Origin: the human T2T-CHM13v2.0 reference genome, Homo sapiens
Direction: 5' to 3' (one strand)
Assembly (NCBI RefSeq): GCF_009914755.1
Contig: NC_060932.1
Length of the DNA: 64,000 nt
Shown here: in pieces, positions 1 to 14,300 of the stretch
How the letters are laid out: each line of letters opens with the position of its first letter
Position numbering within the stretch: the first letter of the stretch is position 1
Program-made: the position numbers and the translations under genes
Notes under the pieces: generated by a model
Databases searched by the model: none
What the model was told of the DNA's origin: nothing
The model's input: only the letters and a program-made list of their open reading frames with translations

Positions 1-377
1 TACTGTATTTTTTACAAGTCATAGCAATACCATCATTTCGATGTGTCTACCATTACCTCAGGTAATGACTAACATATTTGCTGTCTCTATTAATGGGCAT
101 TTTGAAGATATTTCATATATATGAGCCATATAATATGTGGTCTTTTATGCCTGGCTTCTTTCACATATGATAATTTTTGTTCTTCCTCCGTGTTGTTACA
201 TATTGCAGTACTTTGGTATTCCACTGTATGAATGCACCATATTCTGTTTCTCTATTTTTCACTTGATGGACATTTGAGTTTTCATTGTTTTGGCTACTAT
301 AAATAGTGTTGGTATGAATCTTTGTGTACAAGGGTTTGTATGGATATAATAGACTTTTTCTTGAATACCACCTAGTG
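1..377 (-). mobile_element. Old L1M (L1MB/MC/ME-like) 3' end fragment
   Basis: Antisense L1 3' motifs: 'gtggtcttttatgcctggcttctttcac', 'ttgatggacatttgag', 'ttttggctactataaatagtg'. Confidence 0.75.
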
Positions 378-1369
378 ACTAATTTTTCTTAATTAATTTG
401 TAAAGACCCTAAAATAGATTACATGCTTTTTATAGTTCTTTAACATTTTTCAACTCTTAGCTTCCATTCCCTAATAAAAAATGTGCCCATCAACTTCAAA
501 ACATTTGGCATTGCAAATCAAGATACAATTGTTCTTAAGAATTCAACTCACATATCAATTTTTTTAAATCTTATGTCTCCCAGTTGATTTCTAATGAGAA
601 GAAATTTTATCACTTAAAAAAAATACTTCTGAAAAACATTTTCAGAAAGATCACAGTAAGTCATTTCATGTTTAAAGTTTTTAGAAAGTATAATTATCTG
701 AATGTAGTTACAAATAGAGGTGTTTTTTTTTTTGTCCAAGGAAAATTGCCACTTTCTATTTGTGAACTACGACAAATTTGCATTCTTTTAGAATAAATAG
801 AGATAGGATGTGTATTTGTCTACTGAGTTGAGGGTTGCAAGTTGAAAATTTAATAAAATTATTTCTCTACTTTGCTTACAGGGTAAATATTTTCATGCAT
901 ATTACCTATATTTGCAAAGAAGTGGCACTTTGTAAAACCTTAGTCATATGTTCTTTTTGCTTTAAAAGTCATGTCTGCCAGGCATTGATGATAGTAGTGC
1001 TAATAATTTATGTAAAAAAAAAACATCTTGATGTGTAAAAACTATAAGAAGAATCCTTTCCTGGTAAGTATTTAGCAAAGAACATTGATTTTTCTCATTA
1101 TCTATTGCCTTATCTTTCCATTTGTCTATTTATGTGCCATTATGAAAAATAATCATATCTTAATTCTTCACATATTCAGGAAGGTATAATTATCAGGAAG
1201 AAGTTGACACCCAATGGTCCTGCTCTGTAAAGTTTTTATGCTGTTTGCAGACTTCCTGTTCTTCAACCTTTTTTCACAAAAAGCAGAAAGGGGACTTATT
1301 TTTAGTAAATAATAATTTACTAAATTTTTTTACTAAATGTTTTGATAATGTCCAAGTCAGCCTGGGCTT

Positions 1370-1657
1370 CTATTACACCTCTCACCGTTTTGGAAGCTGG
1401 AGGTCCAAGGTCCAGTTGGTGGCAGATTTGGTGTCTGGTGAGGGCCCATGTTCATAGATGCCCATCCTCTCCCTGCATCATCACAGTGAAGGGTCAAGGG
1501 ATCTTTTGGGGCTCTCTTTTGTAAGAACATTTCACTATTAGAGCCCTACTACTATGATCTAATTACCTCCCAAAGGACCCACCTTCTAATACGATCACAT
1601 TGGGCGTAAGGTTTCAACATATAAAAGGGGAGAGAGAGAAACATTTAGTCTACAGCT
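1370..1657 (-). mobile_element. MaLR LTR (MST/MLT1A-like), partial
   Basis: 'ggcagatttggtgtctggtgagggc', 'taattacctcccaaaggaccccacc...cacattgggcgtaaggtttcaacat', 'acatttagtctacagc' are typical antisense MaLR LTR motifs. Confidence 0.75.
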
Positions 1658-2229
1658 ACATATACATTTTTTTAAATCTCAGTTAAGAACATTTAAATTA
1701 AGAGCTCAAGAACATACATACGTAAGAAGGGAAAAAAAGTATTTGAGTACATTTCTGCCTAACTCCACAGGCCATGGTTAGGTAGTGGTTTGTAGTGAAT
1801 ATTTAATATTTTGGCATTTTTAAGTTAAAATTATTTTTTATATCAAGAAAAAAAATGAAATTTCATATAATTCAGAAAAAAAATAACTTTAGAGTAGATT
1901 TAAGCTAATTACTTATATTATCTGGTATTGAAGTCAGATGAGTTCACAACAATCATTAGCCTAGACAACAAAAAATATTGTTATTTTTTAACATCTAATT
2001 TTATTAAATATCTACTTTGTGTTAGGTTCTGGTAAATATAATAGAAATGAATTTCTACTGTTTATGTGTTTTAAAGAAAATAAATACATTTTCTTCTCAT
2101 GTATGGGCTGCTTTTGATTCAAGTAAGAGGAAAATCAGTGAGGATTTCTTAAAAGCCATAGATATTTTAAAGTTATATATTTTTCTTTCCACAACTTATA
2201 TCTCTCTCTTTAATGGGAGAGAAATTACA

Positions 2230-2400
2230 GTGTGTTTTAGTGGTTTAAGGCATATCTCAAAAGCTAGACACACCTGGGAAAAAAAAATTTTGCCAACCAT
2301 TATTATTGGTGACCTCTGGCAAGCTGCTTAATAAAATCCTCAATTTCTCTCTCTATAAAAATGGAGATAATAATCCTTATCTGATGGAGTTTTAATTATC
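2230..2400 (+). mobile_element. MIR SINE
   Basis: MIR core 'gtgacctctggcaagctgcttaa...cctcaatttctctctctataaaaatggagataataat'. Confidence 0.65.
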
Positions 2401-2520
2401 ATGGAATGATTTCAAATCTCTGTGTGTTTACTGTACTTACCAGACTACTTATTTCTGTTTTCATGTCTCCTCTAGCTGTGACTTTTTTTTTCACCATGGA
2501 AGCAAAAATGCTCATTCTGC

Positions 2521-2571
2521 TTTTGGTTTTGTTTTGTTTTACTTTAGTTTTTTTTTTTTTTTTTTTTTTTT
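2521..2571. repeat. (GTTTT)n plus poly(T) tract
   Basis: Directly visible. Confidence 0.9.
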
Positions 2572-2759
2572 GTAAACAACAGCATTTTTCTAGGCACATT
2601 TTCCTTAATTTTCAAATAAATGACAACCAGTCATTAAAATAACTTCAATCTTCTTATTAAACTGAAAAACAGATTTAATCTTGTTATAGAATACTTTCAA
2701 ATATAACTCATCATCATCTTCATCACCATCCTCATCCTTTTAATGTATAATGAGTTACT

Positions 2760-2900
2760 ATTGAGTAGCAGTCTCACAACATCACTCATTTGATCTGTCA
2801 AAAATGCTGGAGTTAAGCAAGGCATCTATTACTGTTCTTATTTCACAGATAAATTCATGCAGAGAGCACTTGAAGTCACTTATAAGTGTAGATGATGGAA
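2760..2900 (-). mobile_element. MIR SINE (degenerate)
   Basis: 'ctcatttgatct...tattactgttcttatttcacagataaa...gaagtcact' resembles the antisense MIR core. Confidence 0.5.
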
Positions 2901-3069
2901 AGTTAGTATGCTCACATTTTTATACTTCAAGTTTAGTACTTGGTTTCAATCAAAAACAACCTTTAGAAACAAGAAATAGTAACAGTGTACAGATTTACAA
3001 AGGAAATGTGAACAGAAAATATCAAATAATCGTTTTCAAACACTGGATATTACGCCGTAACGAACAGTG

Positions 3070-6000
3070 ATTACCAAGCCAAGAAAACTAAGATGAGCCC
3101 TGTGATTTTCTCAATTTACTTATTTGAGTTTCCAGACTGCAATTCAGGTAGGGGAAACTAAAGCTGAGTCTGGCAGAGTTTCTGAGTTGAGGAGATGTTG
3201 CTGAGTTTCAAGGGAGACCAAGTTGAATAGAATTTGCAGGATGAATTTCTGAGAGGAGAGGCACAGGGAAATAACTCCAGATCTCGTGGGAAGGTCCACC
3301 CTGAGTAGGCAGCAGAGTAGTGATCAGTGCATGAACTTTAGGAAACCACACCAACCAGGGGAAGGCACTACCCAAAAACATTAAAAGTAACATTGCCAAA
3401 AAGAATACTCACTACTGTTAGATGTTCACATTTCCCTACTTGTTCTAAAGTGATCTAAAGAATAAACAGTCAAAACCCAACCACCAAATTAAAAAAAAAA
3501 TCTTAAAATAGCTAAAACGCCTGTAGAAAATAAAGACAAATTTGAAGGACAAAAATTACCTAATATAAATGATTATTATAAACTAAAGTAATAAAAAGTG
3601 TGATATGAGCATAAATAGAGACAAACTGATGAATAGGGAGTAGAGAAAAATATACCTGAGTTTTCACAAAGGTACAAAACCAAATTAGAAAGGATAGTGT
3701 TTTCAGTAAAGGATGCAGGAGTAATTGGCTACCTGTATGCAAAATAGTAAATTTTGATGAGAATGTCACACCACAAAAATAATTAAGAATTGACCATAAG
3801 CCTTAATGTAAAACCTTAAAATATGCAACTTTTAGAATAACATACAGAGAAAATCTTTGTGAACTTACGTTAGGCAAATATTTGATATATTATACACCAA
3901 ATAATTTATTTTCAGTTGGCCTTCATGAAAATTAAATTGTTTAATAATCATAAGACATTGTTATAAATGTTAAATCTCAATGCACAGATTGGAAAAATAT
4001 TTTCAAATTACATGTCTGATAAAATTTTTATCTAGAGTATATGAAGAACTCTCAAAGCACAATAAGCAAACACCCAGTTTTATAAAAGGCCAAAAATATG
4101 AACACATCTGTCATCAATGAACACATATGGATGGCAAAAACATGTTGATACTTTTCAGGTTTAGGAACACATGAAAATGGAGAGATGGGTTGCTTTGCAT
4201 TGGAGAGTATAAATGAAAAGAGCCCTGAGTGTTTTCCTTAAGATCATGAACAAGATAAGGATGCCCACTCTCACCACTTCTGCTCAACACAATACCAGAA
4301 GTCCTAGCTACAGAAATCAGGAAAGAAAAAGGAAAAGATATCTACATAGGAAGGGAAGATGTGAAATTATGTTTACAGATTATATGACTTCATATATAAA
4401 ATTGCTAAAAACTCCACCAAAAAAGGTTAGAATTAATGAAAACAATTGAGTTTGGCCACAGGTTACAAAATCAACATATAAAATCAACAGTGTTTCTGCA
4501 CATGATGAACTATCCACAAAAGGAAATTAAGAAAACCATCCCATTTACAAAAGCATCAAAAAGAAAATAGGAATATATCTTACCAAAGATATAAAAGACC
4601 TGTATAGTGAACACAATAAAACATTAGTTAAAAAAAATGAAGAAGGCTAAATAAATGGAAAGATATCCTATCTACATGGATTGGAAGAATTAATATTGTT
4701 ACAGTGTCTCTGCTACCCAAATCAATCTACAGATTCAATATAATTTATATGAAAATTACAATGTTCTGTTTCACAGAAATAGAAAAATCCTAAAATTCAT
4801 CTAGAACCAGAAAAGACCCCAAATCATCAAAGCAACCTTGAGCTAAAATAACAAAGCTGAAGACATCACACTCCCTAATCTCAAAATATTTTCTAAAGCT
4901 ACTGTAAAGAAAACAGCATGATACTGTCATAAACACATAAAAGAAAATTGGCACAATATAGCACAAAAATAAAATAAATTGAAGAAATTGAATGAATTAT
5001 AAAAAACTTATCCATAAAGAAATTGTCAATCCCTGGTGGTTCCACTGGTGAATTCTATTACACATTCAAGGAAGAAGTAACTTTTTCATATACACTCTTT
5101 CACAAAATGTTCTATTTTGTTGGAATATGCCCCAACTTGTTTTATGCGGCTACCAGTACCCTGATATCAAAAAAAGACAAACACATTAGAAAGATGTGGG
5201 AAATAATGTTACATATCAGTGTCCATTGGGTTTATAGAAGTAAAAATCTGTCATAAATATAAGTAAATAGAATACAATTTATAAAGTAGATAATACAAAC
5301 AATAGGATTTTTTTTCTAGCAATCTGAGCTTGCTTGACAGTAAACCATCAATCAAGCTGACTTCCACATTCAGCCAATATAAAACAACACAGACTCTATT
5401 TATCCAGCAGCCATAGTAAACCAGGAAATTCTACAGAATACTGCAGATATTGACAAAAGAAGGGACTCTAATCTTGGAGGGAAGGAAACTAGACAAGGTG
5501 AATCACATTTCTACCGATTTACTGTCTGTGAGGCATTTTCCAGATTACAGTGCACACAGAAAAACACACAGTCAAGTAGTTTCCATGAGTTGAGGAGGCT
5601 TTTACTGAAGTTTGAGAAGAGGGGAAAGAGGTAGGATTTGCAGAAAAAAAGCACAGAAGAGCAGAGAATTCTCAGAGAAAACTCTGGATATGCACAGATG
5701 GTTCTCTTGAGTCTTTGGCTGAGTACTGATGTGCACACATAAGGAGAAAATATCTTAAATGTGGAAAGAACCATAAAAAAGGATTAGGTTGAACAAGCTC
5801 TAGAACTCACATGGGACTCCAACCATAGTGGAGGACTTGGTAACATACTGAGTAGAGTCTTTACAATACATGAGAAGAGTTCCTCAGAGTGATATTTATT
5901 GCCTTTCCAGAGACATAAATTCACCCTAGACTGAAGGCTTCTCTGTCCCTACCCCATGAAAGCTTAAAAACAAGTCTTAAAAGGATTCTAAGTAAATTAA

Positions 6001-9000
6001 ATGCATGCCAAAACAAACTCCAACAGTATATTAGTAAAACATAAATATAACAATGTAAACTTCTCCAGACCTAGCAGTCAATCAAAATTTACAAGACATT
6101 CAAAGATGCAGAATCATATAACTCATACAAAGTAGTGATGTCAGTCTATACAGAGAGACCCATAAATGGCAGGGATGATAGAGCAGCAGTGGACAAAAAC
6201 AAGCAATTAGAAATAGGCTCCATGTGTTCAAGAAGCTTGAGAAAAATATGAATATAATGAAGAAGCAAATAAAAAAACTAAAAGAACTGAATAGAACTTT
6301 TCGATAAGAAAAAATACAGTAGCAGAAGTGAAAAAACATACTGAGTGGCATGGACAGCAGATCAGATCCTCCAGAAGAAATAACCAGTAAACTAGAAGAC
6401 ATAGCAATAGAAACTATGCAAAGTAAAGTTCAGGAAAAAAAGGTAAACAGGTCATCAGTCACTTGTGGGTCAATAGCATATAGTCCAATATACATATAAT
6501 TGAAAGAGAAGACACAAGGAGAATTTTGAAAAATAATACCATTTTTTCCAATTTGACTAAAACTATCAATCCAAAATTCTGGAAGCTCACCAAATCCCAA
6601 GCGGAATAAGCGTAAGAAAAAAAAATCCAAGGCAATCATAATTATATTGCAGAAAACCAGTGATAAAGAGAAAAACTCTAAAAGCATTCATCAAGATTGG
6701 TGGATGGTGGGTGTATTACATATTAAATAGAAAAAGCAAAATTAAATGTGAGCGATCACTCATCAGAAGCCACAAGCCTTGCAGTCAAAGGTAAAACAGT
6801 GTAAAAGAAAAGTAACTGCTAAGTTAGAGTTCTTTGCAAATTATCTTTCAAAATGAAAGCAAAATAGTGTTTTCATACCCCCAAGAAGCCTCAATAATTA
6901 ATCACCAACATATCTGCACTGACATAGGGGTAAAATAAAGTTCTTCAGACAAGAAGAAAATCATATATACAGACAGGCACCCTTATATCACAGGGTGTTT
7001 AATATATATTTATATCCGTATCCATATATACATATAACATTCTTTTCATTTTCTGTGTCTTTAGAGGATAAATAAGATTTCTAGCTATTACAGCGTGAAG
7101 AGATTGGTGAGTATCCTCCAACCATAGACACACACACACACTTTATAGCATTTTCAGAAACACCACATTCCAGGTTCTAGAAATTGATAAAAGGCAAATT
7201 GAGAAGTTTTTATTCAGGAGCCAGTAGAGCTTTGGTTAAGAAAAGCAGACGTCTGGGGGCTTCTTGCCTGGGGCTTCTCTCATTTCCCCAAATTTAGTTG
7301 AAGAGAATGGTACTTTATCAGGCAGAGCTGATGACAAAGACGAGAGGAAGCAAACTTTACTTGAGGTGGTTAGTGAAGACCCACAGCATCATCAGTAAAA
7401 TTATCAAATTCTGTGAGTAATGCATGCGGAAAACGTGCAGCTCTGCTAGCCTAATTTCTATTTTAGTTGCAACAGTGAAGGACAGCCAGAAATTTAACAG
7501 GAAGAGCTTGGACATCAGAGAGCCATCGAAGCTCTCCACAAACCCCTAGCTGTGTGGGAAACAATTTGCCTATTGAAGGAGAGAACTGAGAATTACCAGT
7601 GGAAAGTAAAAGCTGAGAAAAACTTTGACAACATGTAATGTGCTCCCCCACCCACTTCTCTCTCACACATACATATCCATCTGCAGAGACTGGAAATGTA
7701 TGGCCTTGTGATGTTCAAGCACAAGCTCTGCCAGAATCATTAGCTCACCACTAAGTTACACTGTCACAGGGTCCAGCCGTAGATAGACTAAAAAATAAAA
7801 ATAAGAATTCAAAAACAGCATAGACTTCAGTAACTGTAAACAACATGGAAGACAGAGTCTTAAGTCCAAGTATATTAAACAAAAATGTAAAGAGAAAAAT
7901 TCTGAACTCAGAGCTGCTGCAGTATAATAACTAAAATAGCCAGTTCTCAGAGAATTACAAAGTGTGCACAGAGACAGAAAACATAACCAAGAATGCAAAA
8001 TTAAGAAAAAAAAAAGTCAACAGAAATTAACTCAGAATGGGCCCAGATGTTGGATTGAGCAGATAATGGTTTAAAGCAACTATACAAATATGTTCAAATA
8101 ATGGATGAGGATGTTTAAATAATTACAAGAAAATGTGCAATAATGATTCAACAAAAAGAGAAAAAAAAACCTATCAAATCTATGGAAATAGTAGCATTGA
8201 ATACTTTTTAAAAGGTGAGAATTTTACTTGAACTCAATAGATTTGAGATGAGAGAATAAAAGATAAATGAACTTGAAGGCAGATCAGGATAAATCATTCA
8301 ACTGAAAAATGAAAAAAGAAAATGAATATAGCCTCACAGCTGCATGGTTAAACACAAAGCACATCAAGGAATGTCAAGCATACATGTGATGAAGCCAGGT
8401 GGGAAAAGGGGTAGAAAAAATATTTGAAGAAATAATGGCTGAAAACTTCCCAAATTAGATGGTAGACATTAATGTACATGTCTAAAAAACTCAACACACT
8501 CCAAGTAGCATCAACAGAGATTCACACACATGAACTTCACAGTCAAACTGCCAAAAGCCAACGACATGATAAAACATTGAAAGCATCAAGATAAAAACTA
8601 CTTACTGTATAAAAGGGAACAAAAATATGACTAATGGCTGACTTTTCATTAGGAATAGCGTAGGCAGGAATGCTATGGAAAGACATAATCAAAGCACTGA
8701 GAGAAAAAAAACTGTGCACCAAAAAGTTCATATACAGCAAGACCATCCTTCAAAGTGAAAGTGAAACCTGCTTGCTGGCCAAGATGAAGTAATAACAGAA
8801 TGGATTTACAATCTACTCTAAATAATTAATTTCAAACGGATCTAATGTATGAAGTAATATTTTCAAGACCCTGGGCATCAGGGAACAGAGGACAAGGATT
8901 CTGCAGAGATTGCAAATGATGCACATATGCCCTATGATTGCCCCAGCTTAATGCCTGGAGTTAGATTCCAGGCTGCGGCACAGAGGAGGGACCCCCAGGC

Positions 9001-10923
9001 AGAACCTGGTGGTCTCTGTGGGAGTTCAGAGAGGGTAAGGAATCTGGAGTGTTGAGGGGAGACCACCAGAGAGGAGCAAGCCACGGGGAGAGATACCCAG
9101 AGATCTGAAGAGAGTCTTGAGGCTTAAGATGAGTTCTTATTAGCCCAGGCATCTAAACAAACTATAGGAAGCCAAGAAAATAATCTCCCAAAAGGATCAA
9201 AGGAAACACTCCCCTTAGCTCATGTAGAGTCAGGAATAATTCCTGCTTCCACAGTCACAGCCGAAAACATCATAATTCACAGCACATCAGGAACAGTAAT
9301 CAGAACGGTTTTGCCTTAGTAATCAGGCAAAATTAGGCATAAAGCAAATGCTGCTCTGCTGATTCCCAGCAAAGCTTAAAGCGACACCCAAAAGTATAAA
9401 AAGCTTTCCAAGTAATTTAACTGTATCCCAAGAATAAAGCTAAGAGCATTTATAGGAATACTTAAACATCCAGCACCTCAAAAGGTAAAATGCACAACTG
9501 GCTTACAAGTTAAAAACTACTAGGCACACATAGAAGCCAAAAAACATAACCGATAATGAAAAGTCAATAAATTAAAATCAGCTGAGACATGACACATTAA
9601 TAAATTTTTATAACTGTATTCCATGTGTTCAAGAAGCTAGAGGGATGGCCGAACAGGATAAATAGAGATGAGAGATAGTAAACAATCAATCAATCAAACT
9701 TCTAGAGATGAAAACAGTAACACTGAGTAGAAAAACACAGGGAATGGAATTACAGCTTAGATTGCAGAATGAAAGATTAAGGAACTTGTAAACATTGTAA
9801 TAAAAGCTGTTTAGTGAAACAGAAAAGAGACTAAAGAATAAAAGTGTTTGTGAGAAATGAGATAAAGAGCTTAATATATGTTTAATTGCTGTTTCTGAAG
9901 GAAAATAGAAGGGATGGCAGAAATCATATCTGAAGAATTATTAGCTAAAAATTTTTCAAATTAGATGAAAACTAGAAACTTTCAGATCCAAGAAGGCCAA
10001 GGAACTCCAAGCACAAAAAATATGAATAAAATCCAATTAAAATCAAATTGCTTTAAAACAGTGATGAAAAGAATCTCTTAAAATCCACCAAGGAAATAAG
10101 GCATAGGAGAAAAAACAAAGATGACTTCATATTTCTCCTTAGAAACCATGTAAACAACAAAGCAATATGTTTAATGTGTTGGAAGTAAAAAAAAATCATA
10201 GAATTATATATTCAGAATAAAAATTTATATGAGTGTAATAAAAAGTATAAAGTAAAAATTAATAATCTATAAAATTAGAAGGTGAAATAAAAGCTGGTTC
10301 TTTAGTAGAAGCAGTAAAATCAGTAAACCTCCACATAAAACTTATCAAAAAAGAGAAAACAAGAAATTTTAATTTTAGGAAAGCGAACATTACTATATAT
10401 TTTGTAGATGAAGAACAGTAATAAAATATTACAAGAAAGTATGACAATAAAATTGAAACATAGATGGAATGCACTAAATTCTTGAAAGACACAAACTTTC
10501 AAAACTCACATGACAAGAAAAATATATAAATTGTTGTATCTCTAATAAAGTGAATTGTTAAAAACCTGTTCAGAAAGAAGACTCCATGTCTGTAAATTTC
10601 ACCCAGCATTCAAAAAAGAAATGTTAATTCTAACAAAAAAAGATTACCAGAGCTAATAAATAAATGGGTTCCTCAAAGTTGCAGGATAAAAGATCAGCAT
10701 ATAAAATTTAGTTTTATGTGCTAACAATAAGGAATTAGAAATTAAAATGTAAAAATCAGTACAATTTACAATAACATCAAATATTAAATGTTGAGGATAA
10801 ATCTGACGAAAGATTTATTTGCTAAAGTCTATAAGACACTGCTGACAGAAATTAAAGAATATCTAATAAAATGGAGATACACATCATATTCATGGCTCAA
10901 AAACCTCAATGTTGCTAGGATGT
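3070..10923 (+). mobile_element. Cluster of old L1M fragments (L1MC/L1MD/L1M4-like 5' ends, ORF1 and ORF2 pieces), all plus strand
   Basis: ORF2 RT remnants: 4240-4330 'aagataaggatgcccactctcaccacttctgctcaaca' (=[10 protein letters not shown]); 5023-5080 translates PGGSTGEFYYTFKEE (=PGPDGFTGEFYQTFKEE). ORF1-type 'tatttgaagaaataatggctgaaaacttcccaaatt' at ~8420 and similar at ~9930. Related 5'UTR blocks at ~3085, ~5480, ~8900. Confidence 0.8.
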
Positions 10924-11308
10924 TGTCTTAGTCAGTTCTGGTTACCATAATAAAATACCACAGACCTGGTGTCTTAAACAGAAGAGATTTATTACCTCAC
11001 AGCTTTGGAGGCTTGAAGTCTGACATCAGGGTGCCAGCACTGGTTCCTGGTGAAGGCTTTTTTCCCTGCCTTACAGACACAGCCTCCTTCACGCTGGGTC
11101 TCCACCTGTAAAGAGAGAAACCATAAGCTATTTGGGATCTTTTGTCCTAAGAAAACTAATCCCATCGTGTGGGCCTCACCCTCATGACCTTCTCCGTACC
11201 TAATTAACTCCCAAAAGCCCTATCTCCAAATATCATCACACTGCGAATTAGGGCTTCAACAAGTAAATTTTGGAGGAACACTGAATATGTCTATTCAGTC
11301 CATAATCG
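10924..11308 (-). mobile_element. MLT1A-like MaLR solo LTR inserted in L1 ORF2
   Basis: Begins 'tgtcttagtcagttctggttaccataataaaataccacagac', ends 'attcagtccataat'; L1 ORF2 continues on both sides. Confidence 0.85.
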
Positions 11309-12400
11309 ACATGAATTTTTATCAGATATGTAAGTTCAACACAATTGAAATCAAAATCTCAATGGGTTTTGTGTAAAAATTGACTATTGTATAATGAAAT
11401 TCACAGTGAAATGCAAAGAATGTAGAAGAGCCAATAAATTATTTAGAAGAAGTAGGACAAAGTTGGAAAATGTACATTTCTGACTTCAAGTATTATAAAG
11501 CTACAGTAATAAGACTGGACAGTATTCAATTGGTCAATTGAATAGACCAATGAAACAGAACAGAGGGTTCAAATTAGACTGACATATACTCAGCTGCTTT
11601 TCAACAAAAGTGCAAAGGCAATAGTCCTTTCAACAAATGATCCTGGAATTATTGAGTATTCATATGCCAAAAAAAGAGCTTAGATCTGTATAACATGCAA
11701 ATAAAAAAATTAACTCAGAGACACGGCATAGTGGCTGATGCCTGTAATCTCAGCACTTTGAGAGGCCAAGGCGGGAGGATCACTTGAGGTCAGGAGTTCG
11801 AGACCACACTGGCTAAGATGGTGAAACTCCGTCTGTAATAAAAATAAAAATTAGCCAGGCGTGCTGGCAGGCGCCCACCTACTTGGGAGGCTGAGTCGGT
11901 AGAATCACTTGAACCCAGGAGGCCGAGGTTGCCATGAGCTGAAATCGCACCACTGTACTCCCGCCTGGGGGACAGTGAGACTGTCTCAAACAAACAAACA
12001 AACAAACAAACAAACCAAAAACACCAAAAAAGCCCTCAAAATGAATCATAAACCCAAGTGAAACCTAAAAGGATAACATTCCTTAGAAGAAAGCATGGAA
12101 GAACATACTTGTGGGTTAGGGGTAAGACTAAATTTCTTACATGGTATATAGAAAGCATAAATCATAAAATAAAATATGGGCAACTTGAACTTTACCAAAT
12201 TTTTAAAATTTTTCTCCTTAAATGATTCCATTTTGAATATGAAAAAGCTAGCTACAGAATGGGAAAAAATATTCTTACAACTCAATAAAACATCGCAGAC
12301 AACACAGTCAAAACGAGGCAATATTTGAACCAGTACGTAAGACGTAAACCATATGAACGGTCAATGAGAATAAGCACATAAACATGCTCTCCATTGTGAT
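11309..12400 (+). mobile_element. Old L1M ORF2 3' region, interrupted by an Alu
   Basis: 'tgacttcaagtattataaagctacagtaataagac', 'agtcctttcaacaaatga', 'aaaattaactca...atgaatcataaacc'. Confidence 0.8.
11720..12030 (+). mobile_element. Alu (AluS/J-age) with (CAAA)n tail
   Basis: Dimeric Alu 'cctgtaatctcagcactttgagaggccaagg...gtgagactgtctcaaacaaac'. Confidence 0.95.
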
Positions 12401-12519
12401 TTGTTGGTGTATACAAATCTCAAAATTCAAAAATGAATAGTTTTTTGTTACCTCAAGGAAGTTGATTTGGAGAGAAATTACGTATCAAAACGTGGCCTAG
12501 ATTTTTACAGAACAAATTG

Positions 12520-13340
12520 AAGATGTCTATCCACAGAGAGAAATAATCTACAGAAACAAAGACTACAGATTCATAGCCCCTAGCACCCCTACAGAGGTGC
12601 ATTATAATTAAAAGATATGTAATATAATGTTTATATGTATTAAAAAAAACTTTAAAAGTAAATTAAGTATTATGATAACCAAAATAGTAAAGATCTTAGA
12701 AAACACAAGTATAAATACAGGTAAAATCACAATGGAGAGGTGGAACAGTAGACAAGGTGACAGTAGAATTAGAAGCTAAATCAGAAGCAACACAGAATGC
12801 AGCCCACAGAGAAAATGAGATATTAAGAATTTAGATGAGAAGTAAAGAGAATGAAAGGGCATGGGAAAGAGGGCAAACTAAGCTGGATGGATTATGAAAG
12901 TGCCAATGGCATGGGAAGAAGCAAAATTCAAAGAAATAATGAACCGAGAAGACAAAAGGAAATACAAAGGAAAATACGATCTCAAATTGTGCTAAGTTAC
13001 AGAACACCAGACACAAAGTGAAAACTTTAAAAGGATTACCTACAAAGGAAGAGCAAAATTACCTACCAGGGAAGGACAATTACCTACAAGGGAAAGGAAC
13101 CAAACGGTAGGCTTTTCAAGACGAACGCTACAAACCAGAAAAAAGTAAAATGATACAGTGAAAGTGTGGAAAGAATTTACTAAGAAGAATCCTAATAATC
13201 TTCACATAGCAGATAAGGGCATCTTCAGGCCAAAAGAAAATTGAGAAAACTTCACTAAAGGAAATTCTAAAGAATGTACATGAGAAAGAAGCAAAGTGCT
13301 CCCAAAGGAAGATCTAGACTACAAAAAGAAAAGTCAAGGA
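12520..13340 (+). mobile_element. Old L1M ORF1-region fragment
   Basis: 'cacagaatgcagcccacagaga', 'attcaaagaaataatg', 'attacctacaaaggaa', 'cactaaaggaaattctaaag'. Confidence 0.6.
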
Positions 13341-14239
13341 AAGAAAATGTGAGGCTGCTGGGATGTTAGGACTTTCTTTATCTTAATATTTCCCAATTGC
13401 TCCCTGTATCGTCTTTATGTTAGTAATTTTTTAAGAGCAGAGTTATCCAGAGCCATTTATTATAGGAGCAAATACGACTGAGCCCACAGTAAGCCCAGGG
13501 AGCATGGCTGTATCACAGCCCTGCTGCAGGATGGATGGTATAATCATCATCTAATTGTAAAACGATGAAAGCACAGGGGCCTTAGAGAACACCCTGCACG
13601 GCCTTCTCACTTTTTAATGAGGAAAGGAAAGGTCTTATTATAATGTGTTTTTTTTTAAAAAGGTAGAAACATTTGTAATATATTTTAGGAAAATTTCCAT
13701 CCAAAAAGGTTGAGCACCTTTAAAAGGTTTAATACTTTAAGGGTAAACTGTAACAATATGAAAAGTTAACTTGAGTGAAACAGTCCACTGTCTGCTATTT
13801 CCATATATGTACAGAAATTAATTGCTTCTAATTGTTTAATAGAAAAGTTTGAATGATTGAAAAAACATTACTTCAAATACATAACATGGGGATAGAAAGT
13901 CTTCCATTCTGAAGATGAGCTTACAAAAAGCAAGAAATGGCTTCTTACTAAGTTTTGTCTTTTCACCCTGTCTGTACTGGGTCCCCTACCCAATACATTG
14001 TATATAGTAAAAGTTTAATAAACGAACTGAAAGATAATTCACTGAAACTATTGAAGTTTGCAGACAGGCGCAATAGAATGCAGACAAATTCAATTCTTGA
14101 TGATTAAATTTTCTTATTGCTGATGAGTTTAGAAAGAGGAAGGGACCAATAATGAAGATCCAACAGGTATCCAGGGGAATAAGAATCCTCTAATTGCCAT
14201 CAGCCTCAGTAGAGGTTGGAGCTATAAGGATCAGTGCAA

Positions 14240-14300
14240 TAAAAGAGGAAAAGAGGAGAGAGAGAGAGACAAGGAACGGGGGAAAGAGAGAGAGAGTGAA
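14240..14300. repeat. GA-rich purine tract
   Basis: Directly visible. Confidence 0.8.
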
